50,543 nucleotides of DNA from Ministeria vibrans ATCC 50519 (lineage: Eukaryota; Protista; Filasterea): NCBI GenBank assembly GCA_943704425.1, contig CALSCP010001664.1:1-50543 (forward strand), given 5' to 3'. Made by a program: the position numbers and the translations under genes. The notes under the pieces were generated by a model that was given only the letters and a program-made list of their open reading frames with translations, was not told the DNA's origin and ran no database searches. This document shows, one piece after another, positions 22,537 to 38,743 of the stretch. The first letter of the stretch is position 1; every line of letters starts with the position of its first letter.

Positions 22537-23667
22537 TCAGGCCTCCTCTTGGACGAGAGGGCGCCCTTCGTCGAGCACATTGTAGTGGGTCTTTTTACGC
22601 GCGGCCGTGTAGAGACAATAATGTTGAATCATAAAGACAACGTCAAAGAGCACGGAGAAGAAGCCCAAGCCAAATTTGGTGGGGTCGCCAAAGAGCGAGC
22701 CCCAGTCGTCCGAGTTGTACGCGATGAGGAACATTTGCACCATGGAGAGGGAGCCGCCGGTAAAGTCGAGGATGATGTTGCCAATGCTCCACCCAACGGT
22801 GCTCTTGCGCTTGTAGTTGAGAAACGCCTGAGGCACATACTTGACAAGGGTCACGGCGAGCTTCACATACGACAGCCAGGTGATGTACTCGAGCCAGTCG
22901 ATTTTGTTCAAACCGGCTGGAATAATGCTTGTCAGCATAAATAACCACATGGCTGCCAATATAATGCGCGCCAACGTCGACACTCGTTGGTCCCCTAATG
23001 CAAGTTGAAAAAAAAAAATTAAAATGTACGAACTAAATATAAATGTCTTATAAATTTTGTGTGTTATTGTACCAGACTCGTAATAAAACGACTGAGCAAT
23101 AGTGACGGCGGTCAGGACGACGGCGTGCAGCGCAAAGAAGACATCGTTGGCCTTGACCGGTATCACCCCGTCCGGATGGTTTAAAAAGTACTCCTGCTGG
23201 ATTGCCGGCACCCAGAACAGCCCCACGTTGAAAATGGAGTAACACAAGAAGCCGGTGATGTTAAATGCCATATAGTCAAAACTCAGACCAATGACACTCT
23301 TTCGCTTGTAGTTCACCCACACCTACGTTGAATACATTGTGGTGAGTAGATGATGGGTGCCCTTGACCACGAACGAACCTGCGGATAGAACGACACAGAC
23401 CAGGCAACAAAGTATATCCAGCCAATGACGGCGGAAAGCGTGTCCAGTTGATGACTCAAAATGATCGTGATGCTCACATCGGGCACATCCGCATCGTCAA
23501 ACGACGGATCCGCCGAAACAAACGCCAATGCGATGCTGGGCGTGCCTGCCGATAACGCAGTCGCATGTACGGTTGCGTGCGACGTGTTGTACGCGGCGAG
23601 CGTCACGTTGGGCGTTAGAATTCTACAGGAGCACGACGACCATCAGACACCATGAACAAAGACTCAG

Positions 23668-23702
<35 letters not shown>

Positions 23703-23999
23703 TTTGGTGGCATGACCAGCACTCAGTGGGGAGCAAGGGATCAACGGTGCAGGCGCCATGCTGTCTTACTTGACGCGGGACGTGCTCAACGAGGTCAGCG
23801 TGATAAACACAGTCGCATTGGGCACCTGTGTCGGTGTTATGGTAAACGTGAAGTTGTTGCCCTTGAGCACGTCGCCGGGTAGGCTCAGCACAACCATGCC
23901 TTGCATCCCGGCTCCCGTAGTCAACGCAGCCGTGGGAATCGACGATCCCACCACCAACAGAACCGCCATTACACACGACACAGCCACATGGCGACTCAT
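22537..23999 (-). CDS. CTNS: Cystinosin (PQ-loop lysosomal cystine transporter), multi-exon
   Basis: Signal peptide; IGWIYFVAWSVSFYPQ; NYKRKSVIGLSFDY; NDVFFALHAV; LVKYVPQAFLNYKRKSTVGWSIGNIILDFTGG; GDPTKFGLG; QHY; YNVL lysosomal-type tail motif. Confidence 0.95.
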
Positions 24000-24131
24000 C
24001 AAATGAAACTGATTATTTTGGTTTTGGTTTTGACTTTGAGCTTTCAGTTTGTTTTGCATAAGTTGTAGTTGACTTTCACACAAATCTTAAATGAAAAATG
24101 TGTACCACATTTTTCATTTAAAAGAGCATTC

Positions 24132-26300
24132 ATGGATTATACACCTGTCTTGCTCTTACTTTCACTGACTGGATTAGTAAAGACAGCAGTTGGCGTCACC
24201 TCGCTGACAGCTTCTTTAGCACCTGGCAATATTCACCTCGCTCGTGAACCTGTGACTCTCTCGCTCACGCTGGGCTGCCCTATTCTGTTGGGTCAACCAG
24301 TGCACATCAACGGATCCTGCTTTTCCTCCTTGCAGAACGCCTTCCAAGTCAAACCCAACACTTTTTCAATCAGTGTCAATTCAAATGCGACCGTTGCCTT
24401 GCCCCTGTTACTCACACCGGTCGCAAACGTCTCCATCGGGTCGGTCCAACTTGTGTGCTCTTGTGTGTCTTCCACTGGCGGTCAGACAGTTGCCAGTGCG
24501 CTCGTGGGTGTCTCAGCAAGTTCGGTGCTCTTCGTCAACGCGACGCAAGTTGCGCTTGCAACCACCTACCGCTTGAATCCGTTCGTTCACGTCTGTTCAT
24601 GCGACCTCCTCCCCAATGCTTGTGACACCGGCTGCTGTTGTGATGTTCTCTGCCACGAGAATATGCAGCTGCGACTCGCCCTACCCACACATTGCTTTGC
24701 CAACGCCCAATCCGAATCCGAATCCACTTGTCCTTCCAATTCGTCTCCTTTGTCGTCGCCAGTGATCTCACCAAACAACATTGTAAGCTCTGCTGCGGTG
24801 CGTGCCTTTCTTTGTTTGCGTCGATCCAATAGCCCTTATCTGGGCGACATCTATAATCCCACTCCGGCCAGCGAATCAGTCGAACGAGCTCTCACATTAC
24901 GATCAGCGTCCTCAACAGCAACACCTATCTCATTATCGTCAGCCTCATTAACGACGTCCTACACTGCTGGTACCCCGATACAGCGACTTGATCACAACGG
25001 TACGCGTGGTGTTTTTCCCGCCCCTGCTCCCTCCATCGGGTCTCTTGCTTCGCTCTGCACCGATTCTACAAACGTGCTCTTCTTGCGCAATCGTCCCGTT
25101 GACGGTTTAAGCAGCTCCTGCGTGCGCGCCCTTGACACTTCAACCACCGCACTTGTCGATCTCTGTTCGAGTACTCGTCGGCCAAATGCATTCTCGAGTT
25201 TTCTCTCCACTGCATACTACGCGGCGGCAAACGACAGCGTTCTCCAGTCGCTCGACAACTTCTCCAGCGCTACTCCCGTGTCTGTCACGCGCGTGTGCAA
25301 TCCTCCTTCAGACAGCTGCACCGCATCCTTTAGCGAGCTGTCGTTCAACGCCACATCACAAGTCTGTCACAATGCGGTGCACTCCGTCGCCTACACTGTC
25401 GTCTGGAACGCCACTCGTGTTGCTACCCTTCACGTGCACTTCTCTCTAGGTTCCCTTTCTTCCGTTTCCCCTCTCGCGTCACAATTCTTTTCGGTTTCCC
25501 ACCAGACCAATCCGTCACCCGTATTGCTGCCCGAAGACAGTGCCCTTCTTGCCGGCAACCCTGGCTACCTCTGGGGGCACACTTTGCGTTTTGCCCAGCC
25601 TCAGCAACACTCTCTCTCGTTGCCTCCACCGGGCACCTGTACTACTCAAGCTCACACAGGTGTGCCACTGCGCTTTGGTGTAAACGCTTCGAGCGGCTGC
25701 CATATTTCGGTCGCTTCTCCTCAGAAGCTTGTCGAACAGTGTGACGAGCTACGCCAGCTCGCACGCACCACTCTTGACCACTATTTGGACATGTCCACTC
25801 GCGTTGCCGTCTATGGCAACAGCAACACAACGCTGCCTCTTGACCCCACCGCCTGGCTTCCGCTTCTTCACCTTTCTTCCAACTTCAGTACCGCTGGGTC
25901 CTCTACCGCAACATCCTTTTTGTGTACCAACGTGCCCTCGCATGCCCTCCTCACTATCCTGTACACACCAACCGGTGAAGCTTCCAACCCGCAACATAAA
26001 ATTGTTGGTGTGCGCACCTCTCTTGTCTCGCGCACCTGGGCCGCTGACTGTCCTCTCAACCCTTTCTTTCCTTCTTGCCGCAACTCCTCATCGTTCTCCT
26101 TTCACGTCACCGCTCGCGTTCGTTTCCTCTCCTTGTCTGCGTCCACCACCCCTTCCCGCCCAGCTGTCGACTACCTCTGGCCCTGCACCAGGGCATTTGC
26201 TCAATCCTCGGGTAGCAGCCAGGCTCGAAATGTTGCCATCGTCATCGTCCTGCTTTTTGCTTGCGTCACAATCGTGGTCTTTCGCCTCCTCCAAATTTGA
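24132..26300 (+). CDS. TCTN: Tectonic family ciliary transition-zone protein
   Basis: Signal peptide; CSCDLLPNACDTGCCCDVLC signature; GNPGY; PLRFGVNASSGC; C-terminal hydrophobic segment. Confidence 0.9.
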   Translation: MDYTPVLLLLSLTGLVKTAVGVTSLTASLAPGNIHLAREPVTLSLTLGCPILLGQPVHINGSCFSSLQNAFQVKPNTFSISVNSNATVALPLLLTPVANVSIGSVQLVCSCVSSTGGQTVASALVGVSASSVLFVNATQVALATTYRLNPFVHVCSCDLLPNACDTGCCCDVLCHENMQLRLALPTHCFANAQSESESTCPSNSSPLSSPVISPNNIVSSAAVRAFLCLRRSNSPYLGDIYNPTPASESVERALTLRSASSTATPISLSSASLTTSYTAGTPIQRLDHNGTRGVFPAPAPSIGSLASLCTDSTNVLFLRNRPVDGLSSSCVRALDTSTTALVDLCSSTRRPNAFSSFLSTAYYAAANDSVLQSLDNFSSATPVSVTRVCNPPSDSCTASFSELSFNATSQVCHNAVHSVAYTVVWNATRVATLHVHFSLGSLSSVSPLASQFFSVSHQTNPSPVLLPEDSALLAGNPGYLWGHTLRFAQPQQHSLSLPPPGTCTTQAHTGVPLRFGVNASSGCHISVASPQKLVEQCDELRQLARTTLDHYLDMSTRVAVYGNSNTTLPLDPTAWLPLLHLSSNFSTAGSSTATSFLCTNVPSHALLTILYTPTGEASNPQHKIVGVRTSLVSRTWAADCPLNPFFPSCRNSSSFSFHVTARVRFLSLSASTTPSRPAVDYLWPCTRAFAQSSGSSQARNVAIVIVLLFACVTIVVFRLLQI

Positions 26301-26554
26301 TTCTCTCGTCGCCGCTCTCATCCGAGTGTCTGTCCCCGAGTCATCTATAGTCTATACCATGTTATCTATGTACATTCACCCATTTCTCAGTTTGTTTGTT
26401 TCTTTTTTCCTTCAATTTTTTTTTAAAAACATAATAGAATAATAATAACAAGTGAATAGAAGGCAGAAGCATTTTGCAATTCTTTTTCTTCCATCTCCTG
26501 TTGCTGCGCCAGGCGTCTAATTCTCCGGTTTGTCGGTCGCTGCTTGACCTCGCA

Positions 26555-29500
26555 ATGAGTGCAGCTTCCTCACCGCGCGTTTCGCGACCGCGCCGCAGCT
26601 CATTTGGCTCTACAAGCGAACTAAGCGAATTTTCGTCGCATGCCAGTTTCGACGGACACATGCGAAGTAGCGACGGGAGCGTGGTCGGCTCGCTGTCAGC
26701 TGCATCCATGTCGCTGTCGGCAAACTCGACGAGCACCGACGGCAGCTCGAGTGGCCCTGTTTTTCGTCGACTTCTTCGTTTGACGCGACCTTTGACTCTC
26801 GAACAACCTGCAGCGCAGGAAATCCCTGAAAACTCCCTCGTCCCTGCCGGTCCCGGCTCGGTTGTCTCCCCACGCGCGCCCGGGCCCCCTTGTACCTGGG
26901 CTGAAATGACCGGAGCTGTCCCCTTTCGCTCGGAAGACGGCGTGCGCGCCGTTCAGGCCGTCGCAGCACATCTTCACCGTTGCGCCTCGCTCGGCACGCT
27001 CTGCCCCATCAAAGACCGATGGCACCGTTTGCGTACTTATGCCCGTTGCTTCACGGGCGACTGCCTCGTCGATCTCATGATTGTCGTGGGTGCTGCGTGG
27101 GACCGTGCCGACGCCGTCACTCTCGGTCAACTCATGCTTGACGAAGGTCTCATTCATCACGTTGCCCTTGGCGGACCCACCGCCAAGACTACCTACCTTG
27201 ATCGTGCCGTCTTCTATCGCTTTCGCATCGACTCGCGCAGCAAACACGACTCCCTCAACGACGTCAGTGATTCGTGGGCGTCCCTTCCCCCCGTCCACGC
27301 GCCTGTGTCGCCTCAAGTCAGCGCGCGCCTCACCAGCGGTCCGTCGGCCTCGCTCGATGATATTGTCCACACGACAGACTCGTCGACGCCCGCCTTTGAC
27401 ATCAGCGCCAGTAGCAGTAACATAAATAGCCTCGGCAGCGGCCCCCCGTACGCCTCGTCTCTGTCCCTCTCAGACGCCTCCAACATTTCCTATGCTCCCG
27501 CTTCCGTCGTCTCCTCTACGTCTTCCTCCACTGCGAACGTGATGAGAACGTCGTCGTCGTCGTCGTCCGCCCAATCTACAACGGTCTTCTCACATGGTAC
27601 GCCTGCTCTCGTCGGTCATGCTGCAGTCGTCACGGCGACACCCACCCACAGCACCGCGACCAGCGTCAACGCAGCCAACAAGCCGACCGCCGCTTCACTC
27701 GTCTCCGCTCCGTCCACATCGCTGGCGACCGTCTCCGTCACGGTGCGAGCCACGTCGTCGGCAGAAACACGGGATTCGGCGTCGTCATACTTGCTACCCA
27801 GCAGCAACGTCAGTGCCCCAACCAACGCTTCCTCCTCTTCTTCCGCTCTCTCGGTGTCGAGCGCCGCGGCGCGTGCACCCCCCACCCCACCAGACGTTGT
27901 CATCGACCCGCTCGCCGACGATCGTCATTACTTTGCATCAACACAGTCTATTCCGGCTGCAGTCACCTCCTCGTCCGAGTCGGGCTCTCGGCGCTGGTGG
28001 AAAAGTCACAAGGGACATGGGGCGAGCGAAAAACGTGCCGCTGCCGCTGCCGCCGCTGCCGCCGCTACTGCCGCTACTGCCGCTAGCGAAGAGTCGCACT
28101 CGTCGTCCTCTGTCGGGCGCCACACCACCTCTACACCAAACAGCCCTGCGTTGCGCGCCTCCTCCGATTGGGAAATGACCCTCAAGCTTGTCGCCGGCGC
28201 CTCCAAGTCTCGACAAATCCCTTCCGACATTTTGCTCTCGAGCGCCGACAGCACGAGTTTTTCTGGGTTCTCTGGCAACTACAGTCCCAACAGCAGCTTG
28301 AGCGTTGGCGGTGACAGCGCCAGTGGCGCCAGTGGCGGCAAGTCACCACATCCTAAAAGACTGCGTGCGCCTGCACCACTCGCCATGCCTCGTGTTGTCA
28401 TTGCCTCCCCTTCAGATCTGCGTCGTGTGGAATCGGGCGTGGCAACGACCTCGGACGCAGAGGCGTCCTCTGACTCGCACGCCTCCGCCCCAAACTCTCC
28501 TTCGATGCAGGAGCCTCGTCTGCGCAACACCTCCATCCGTTCGGCTTCGTCGAGCGGCTCCTCTCGCTCCTCCCAGCAGCGCTACTGGAGCGTCGACCAG
28601 TTCGCCGTGGACACAGACCACATGCGCGCCTGGGGCGAGGGTGTCAGCGATGGCTTTGTCTTCGAACTCATCGAGCTCGACTGCTTCTCGTACCGGCGCC
28701 TCTTCTATGGTCGACCGCATCGCACCTTCTTTGCGGATGAACACAGCGGCGGTCCTATCGTCCTGACCATTCGCTCCGTCGACAAGGGCGACCGTCTTTT
28801 TATCATTTTGCGTGACTCGATCAGCACTCGCGCCATCTCGGTGAGCTCTGAACTTTTAAACACGGTTCTTTACCAGCTGCCTGACACGGCCACGTCGGCC
28901 ACCGCAAATGCCGCCGCCGCCGCAAATGCCGCCTCAGCTGCCCTTGTCGCACCCACATCACCCCTCATGTCACCCACGAATGATCCACATGCCACGACAC
29001 GCTCTTCGTCACGCGGCAGCGGATTAGGCTCGTCGTCGACGCCCTTGTCGCCTGGTCGTGCGGCACTTCTTCAAAAGGCGTCGACGACCACTAATCTTGC
29101 GAGCGCCGGCCCCTCCGCAAATGTATCACCCGCGCGCACCTCTTCAGCTCAATCGTCTCCGTGGATGCTCCGTCACAACCAGTCGGCGTCCAACAACGGC
29201 GCCACCAACAATGTGCCTACCACCACTGTCACGCCAGCTAGCGGTGGTCGGCGGTCACAGAGCCACGCACCCGTGTCGGGCGGTCCGTCGACGCTCAAGC
29301 GGGACTCCATCTCGACCGTCGATGGTCTGGGACGCAGCCACCAGCGAGACTCAACGCCTTCGCTTGTCGAGCCACTTGATATTGACCAACAGCTCACAGT
29401 GGACTCATCGCGTGGCCTCCTCACCGCCGCCATGTTTCTCATTGCCCCTCATTTGCACCCGGACGTTCTCACCGAGTGTCGCTCGCGTGCTGTCTCCGAT

Positions 29501-32004
29501 CAGATTGTCGACTTTGACGAGTCCTCCATTTCGCGCACCTACAAGTTTGGCGTCGTTTATGTCGCGCCCGGTCAAGTTACCGAAGAGGAGTTCCTCTCCA
29601 ACTGCCAGCCTCACACTCCAACATTTGATGCGTTTCTTTCCCTCCTCGGCACCCCCATCAATCTGACGGGCTTCAAAGGCTACCAGGGCGGACTCTTGCC
29701 CTTGCCGGGTGCTGACACTTCCATCTTTACTCGCTTTTCGCAACGCGAAATCATGTTTCACGTCAACACACTCTTGCCCTACAGCAAAACGGATCGTCAA
29801 CAGGTATTAACAATAATAACTTAGTTCTATTTATTTCCTGACTGCAACATCTTTATTTCTCGTATTATTATGGTTATTAATTGTGTATGTACCCTTCGTC
29901 TTTTGTATTTCTCTCTCTCTCTCTCTTTTTTTTTTTTTTTTTCTTTTTGTTCCTATAATTTCTTTTGTGCACATCTTTCACACTGATGTTATCTTTTTAT
30001 AACTTTAGGTGAATCGCAAGAAGCACATTGGCAATGACATTGTGTGTTTTGTGTATCTTGAAGACGACACTCCTTTCTCGCCCGAGTCCATTCGGTTCGC
30101 ACCTACTGCTGTTCATTTATGCGCCTCCTTTTACACTCCTTTTTCTCTTTAGATCGCAATTTATCCACTTCTTTGTTGTGATTCGTGCGCATCCACAGTC
30201 TTCAGGCTCGCCAGCTCGCTACACGGTCACGACGCTACGTCGTAATATCATGCCGCCGTCGGGTCCTCGTCCGCCCAAGATGGAGTTTGAGCATGGCCAA
30301 ATGTTGCGCAACTTTCTGTTGAACAAGGCTATCAATGCGGAGCATGCGGCGCACGTTGTCGAAAAGTTTGCCGACCTCAAGCGACGCCGCCGAGGACTTC
30401 TCTTGCGCATGCTTGCCCGTGGATTCCAGCCAGCCAGCGTCTCGTCGGTCCGCATCAACTTGAGTCAGTATTGCACGGGCGAGCGAGAGATCCTCCCAAC
30501 GCAACAGCCAGCACAACCGCGCATTCTGACCCGTGGTCACATCAAAGCACCCTTGCCCTCGTCACCCATCGAATCTCCTACGGCCAAGCACCGCGACGCT
30601 CGCGACTCCACCAGTGCTCTCTCCACCACCACGACCACAACCACAACGACGGCTGCTCATCCTACGACAGGCACAATCTTGTCGACGACTGCCACCGCCG
30701 GGACCACCGCGTCAAGTCCGACATTGCCACAGCCGTTTGTGGCGCGTCGCCGTTCCCGTTCGAGTGGCGCGGCGACGGTGGCACCCTTGCTGGCGACTGT
30801 CGAGAGTGGAACCGTTTTGCCGATGGTCGACCTCACATCCGCCACCGCCACCGCCGTCGACGACAGCCAAGCAATGCGTGCGCGCCAGTTGAAGAAGGGC
30901 CGACGTGTTACGGGCGATTTCCACGACAGCACTGCCGCGTCGAGCTTTAGTCGTGACGACGACCACCGTCTGAGGGACACTGACATCCCGTACCACGATC
31001 AGCAGCACGGCCACCTCAAACACCCTGTCGCGTCACACACGCTCTCGTCAGCGTCTACACTCGCTCCACAACACGAGCAACACTTGCCCGTGTCGGGGCG
31101 TTCGAGCATGGCCAGTCGGTGGTCGGGCGACAGCGGCGACACAGAGGTCGATGGCTACATCGACCCGCCCTCGATGCAGGTGGTACTACCCATGGTGCTG
31201 GGTGACGAACACGACAACTTGCACACACCCGTGGGCAAGACCGCGTCAGGCATGTCCAACGTGTCCAACATCTCCAACATGTCTACCATGTCTGGTTCGT
31301 CCACCGGCAGTGGAAGCCTTGTCATTATTGTGCGCGGCGACAGTGGCCGTCCGCGCCATCGTCGTCGCTCGACCATCCTCGCGCCCAGCCATCAGATGAC
31401 CTTGCCCCGTGTGCAACAAAATCCTGCGGCAAGTCGCACCGTGTCAAGCGACACAATGCTACCGCCAATCTCGCAGGTGCCCGACGACCTGGAGGCGGAT
31501 GACGAGAGCATGGCACACACCACCAAGAAGTCCGCTCGTCGTACGCTGAGCAATCGTCCCCGACATCCCAATGACGACGACGACGACGACGTTGACTTTA
31601 CATCGGGCGAGTTCATTGATGCCGGTGCGGCGCTTCCACCGCTGTCGCTCTCTCCCAAACGACAAGTGAGTCACAAGCACGCTGACTTCGAGATGCCGTT
31701 GTTGAGTGGCGACACTGTACGAAGTGCGAGTCGCAGTGATCAGCTTGGCCAAACTCGTAGCGATGTAGAGGCGGTCGCTTTTGACGAGAGCGACGAGAGC
31801 GACGAGAGCGACGACGACGAGCAGGCGGCGTCACGTTCTATGTCGACCAACCACACTGCGCTCGAGATGGAGAACCAACGTCTGCGCAATCGCATTGCCG
31901 ATCTCGAGACGGCCATTGTGCGGCTCGTCGTTGAGAACCAGCGGTTGAAACAGAGTGCGTCAGGAGCAAGCGATCTCGATTTGGTCGATGAACACATTGT
32001 ATAG
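26555..32004 (+). CDS. DEP-domain Rap GTPase-activating protein with C-terminal coiled coil
   Basis: DEP motif IKDRWHRLRTYARCFTGDCLVD...AVTLGQLMLDEGLIHHV...FYRF. RapGAP motifs YKFGVVY, EIMFHVNTLLPY, RKKHIGNDIV (Asn thumb), NKAINAE. Introns after 29803 and ~30094. Confidence 0.92.
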
Positions 32005-32115
32005 TATTAATGATCATTATTATTCTATGAAAGACGACGTATTATTATTATTAATTAATTAATAGTATTTTTATGTTATTAGGAAGTAGTATTCATTCTT
32101 TCCCTCGGTGCTCTT

Positions 32116-33046
32116 CTACACTGTGTCTTTTCTTGTTGCAATGGCCTTTTGGTGCAGTGCCTGATAATAGCCGGCGTAGTAGCCGCTGTAGTACCAGGCA
32201 GTGAGGAGTCGCCCCAGAGCATTCTCCTCTTCGTCGTCGTCGTTGTCATCGTCGTTGCCGCTGCCGCCTTTGGTACTTGAGAAAATATGCGGTGGGGGCA
32301 GGTGCGTCGGGCCGACAGGTGGTGGGGGTGGTACAGGGATGTTTCTTGAGCGCTAAAATATTATTGTAAACAATTAAATATAATAATAATAATAATAATA
32401 ATAATAAATTATTATTATTATTATTATTATAATAATAATAATATGTCTTGGTGGTGAATATACTACTGAAGATCATCGTACCTTGCTCGAGGGGAACTCA
32501 TCCGCTGTCGACCTGAATCGCTTCTTTCCACCGCCAGTTGTTGCGGCTGCTGATGCTGATGCTGGCGCTGGCGCTGGCGCTGGTGGTGCTGGGGCTTCCG
32601 ATGTTGCAGTCTCTTGGACGCTGTCATGCACATCGTCGTCGCTGTCTGCGTCGCTTTCGTCGTCGCCACGTTCGAGTGCTTGGGTCAACAAGTTGCTTGT
32701 GGAAGGATTGGCTGTGGAGACTGGACGCAGGTCTGCAAGCGGGGTCACTTGGGTGTTGCCATAGCCGACAAATTCGACGGTGCACTCGCTCGTGTCTTGG
32801 TCGAGTTTGATGATCTTGGCGTCATACGCAACGCCATCGTCGGTCCACACCGTCCTACACAACTGACCTATTCTCCACGCGGACGCATCCCCACCGGCGG
32901 CCACGAGACGCGGCGGAGGACGTCGAGGCGACGGTGTTTTGCCCGTCGCCTTTTCATACGCACGAATGAGCAGCGAGTCGTCCCAGTCGTCCTAATAAAC
33001 AAAGAAATGATCCTGGGCTCACAGTGAACTATTTTCAACATACCAT
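32116..33046 (-). CDS. SMN: Survival motor neuron protein
   Basis: ATG-only coding exon (33046-33044); exon 32991-32482 with DDWDDSLLIRAYEKA (Gemin2-binding) and a Tudor domain (CRTVWTDDGVAYDAKI...VEFVGYGN); exon 32352-32116 with poly-Pro and YG box LLTAWYYSGYYAGYYQA. Confidence 0.95.
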
Positions 33047-33216
33047 TCCGCGATGGAACACGACTTTTTCCATTTCACCACTGCGTATCACACGATAGAA
33101 AAAAGTAATGTGAGGAGGGATTTTGATCATTCAAGTTTCATCGATATCGCGGTTGTATCGACTTGTACGAGAAGCTTTGGATCCACCCAGTTGTTGCTGA
33201 GTCATCCAGACCTTCG

Positions 33217-34227
33217 ATGCTTTTGTTGTTGCTTGTGACGGTGTGCTTGGCGTTTGCCGAGGGCGAATCTGCCACAGTCTCCGTCACTCCTGTCTCTTCT
33301 GCAGCCGCAGCAGCCTCATCGACCGCTGTTCCGTCATCACAAACACCCATGCCGTCCTGGAGTGCGGCAACCACCATGGCAACCCCAATAGCGAGCTTTG
33401 CCGCCTCCTCAACGCTCCCGCCGCCGTTGTCACCCTCTTCATCGCCATCCACACTCCTCCCAACGGCCCTTCCGGCATCCGCCTCCTCACCTCCCCTGTC
33501 GCCCTCGTCCTGGGCGCCGTCTAGCACGACGCCGCGGGCCACTTCGTCATCCACAGCGACATCGATTGCGACTCTCTCCTTCTCCTTATCGCCCTCCTCA
33601 TTGGCGCTCTCCTCGGCAGCGCCCTCTTCCCCGACAGCTGCAACGTTGTCGGTGGCTTTGTTGCCCACATCGGCGACTGCACTGCCCCCCTTATCGTCGT
33701 CGCTTCCCCCATCCGCATTGCCATCGCCTCCCCACGACTCCTCTGCCCCACCGTCACCCCTTCAAACCACCTTGATGGCTCCCGCACAAACCACCGAGGC
33801 ATCACCAGCACACACAACCGAGGTCTTACCTGCACAAACGACCGAGGTCCCCGCGCCGACCTCGGCATCGCATCCCAGTGCTTCTGCGAGTGCACTGCCT
33901 CCCACCCCACCAAAAAACAGCTCATCGGCCGCCATCGTGGGTGCTATCGTGGGCATAGTCATTGCCGCGTCCCTCATCATTGTTCTGTGCGTTGTGCGAC
34001 ACAAGCGTCATCGCCGTGCCACGGTGATGCGACAGGTACTGCACCCCCCGTCGAATAATTGTTGTTATATTTTTTGATTTTGACACGACTCGTTTTCTCT
34101 TTCCCAGGAGTACCTTCTCCATCAACCCATGGACGTGGAAACTGACCAAGATGCATTTTGGGACTTCCATGGCCAGATCATTTCGGCGAAGGAGCCGCAG
34201 AACACGTCACGATTGCGCTTTGAATAA
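33217..34227 (+). CDS. Mucin-like Ser/Pro/Thr-rich type I membrane protein
   Basis: Signal peptide MLLLLLVTVCLAFA, S/P/T-rich ectodomain, TM AAIVGAIVGIVIAASLIIVLCVV plus basic stop-transfer RHKRHRR; intron 34036-34107. Confidence 0.82.
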
Positions 34228-34638
34228 GGGCTCTCAGCTGTTTCAGGTTCCGTCGCCACCGTTGCTCCATGACAGGCGAGTAAGGCGACAACAGCCAAGT
34301 GAGTCATCATGTACAATACAAACAGCCCACACACAAGTTTTCTTTTGAGTTGATTTGCTATTCTTGATGTGTTCTTTCTTGATATTGATAGAGATAAGAA
34401 CTACTCTTCCTAACAAAGATAACTTTTATTGAATTTCATTTTTGAGATATGTTTCGCTCTCTGGGACGCAAGTCTGGTGCCAAGGCACTCAGTGGTACGC
34501 ATGCACACCCTTCGATGTGTCCCTAGCAGCTGTTTCTCTCGATCTTGTTCTTCTCTTCCTCTCCACAGTCCCATCCTTTCCCCCGATGTCTGTCGCATCT
34601 CATCGACTGCTTACTCTCTTCCCCTTGCAGACGCTGAG

Positions 34639-34713
34639 ATGGCTGCACCCGGCTCGTCAGGCAAAAAGAGTTCAAAACGAGACAAAAAGGAAAAGTCTCG
34701 AAGTCTCGCTCTT
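34639..34713 (+). CDS. Probable first coding exon of an unidentified gene running into gap 35009-35016
   Basis: MAAPGSSGKKSSKRDKKEKSRSLAL followed by donor gtacgt and pyrimidine-rich intron-like sequence. Confidence 0.4.
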
Positions 34714-35016
34714 GTACGTCACCCGTCCAGCCTCTCGCTCCTCCTCCGCATGCACTATGTCGTCTCAGCCCATCTGCACCCGCCCCACCCCAACCCCCTT
34801 TTTTTCCTAGACACCTTTTTTTCCCTTTTTTTTTTTTTTTTGAGCGACACCGTTTGTTTGCCACTGCACTGCCCCCCATCACCGCGATCCTTTCCGCCCT
34901 CCTGCCCGCCCTCCCTTATTCATCTGTTCTACCCACATCATTTCCCCTCGACTCGCAGCGTGCGGTTTTTTTTTTGGCGTTTTGCTCTTTTGTGACGGAC
35001 TTTTTTTTNNNNNNNN

Positions 35017-35140
35017 GAGAGAGAGAGAGAAACAAAGTGATAGAGAGAGAGAGAGAGAGAAACAAAGTGATAGAGAGAGAGAGAGAAACAAAGTGATAGA
35101 GAGAGAGAGAGAAACAAAGTGATAGAGAGAGAGAGAGAAA
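35017..35140. repeat. Compound (GA)n + AAACAAAGTGATA repeat (intronic)
   Basis: Four units visible next to the gap. Confidence 0.9.
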
Positions 35141-35208
35141 AGGGAGAAAGAAGCAAAGAGAGTTTTTAGTAGAAGTAAAAGTGCGTGTGCGAGAATAAGA
35201 CCTCTGAC

Positions 35209-38455
<3,247 letters not shown>

Positions 38456-38743
38456 TGCAGCGATGCACACCTGTAAGTGAGTTATAGAAAAAAATATAAT
38501 AAGTCAATGTCAAATCAAGACAGTACTGCCAATCTGTCATTAATAATAATTATTATTATCCAAACGACGGATAATCTGTCGGATACGACTCATATGAGAG
38601 CTCAGAGAAGGTATGTATGAGTAATGGAATATAAATACTGTGTGTATATTTATAATAAATAATAACAATGAAAGTGAGTGTATTGATACAAATGTCTCAA
38701 GTCTGCAAACCAACTTGAGAAAATGCAAGGATAGTAACAGAAC

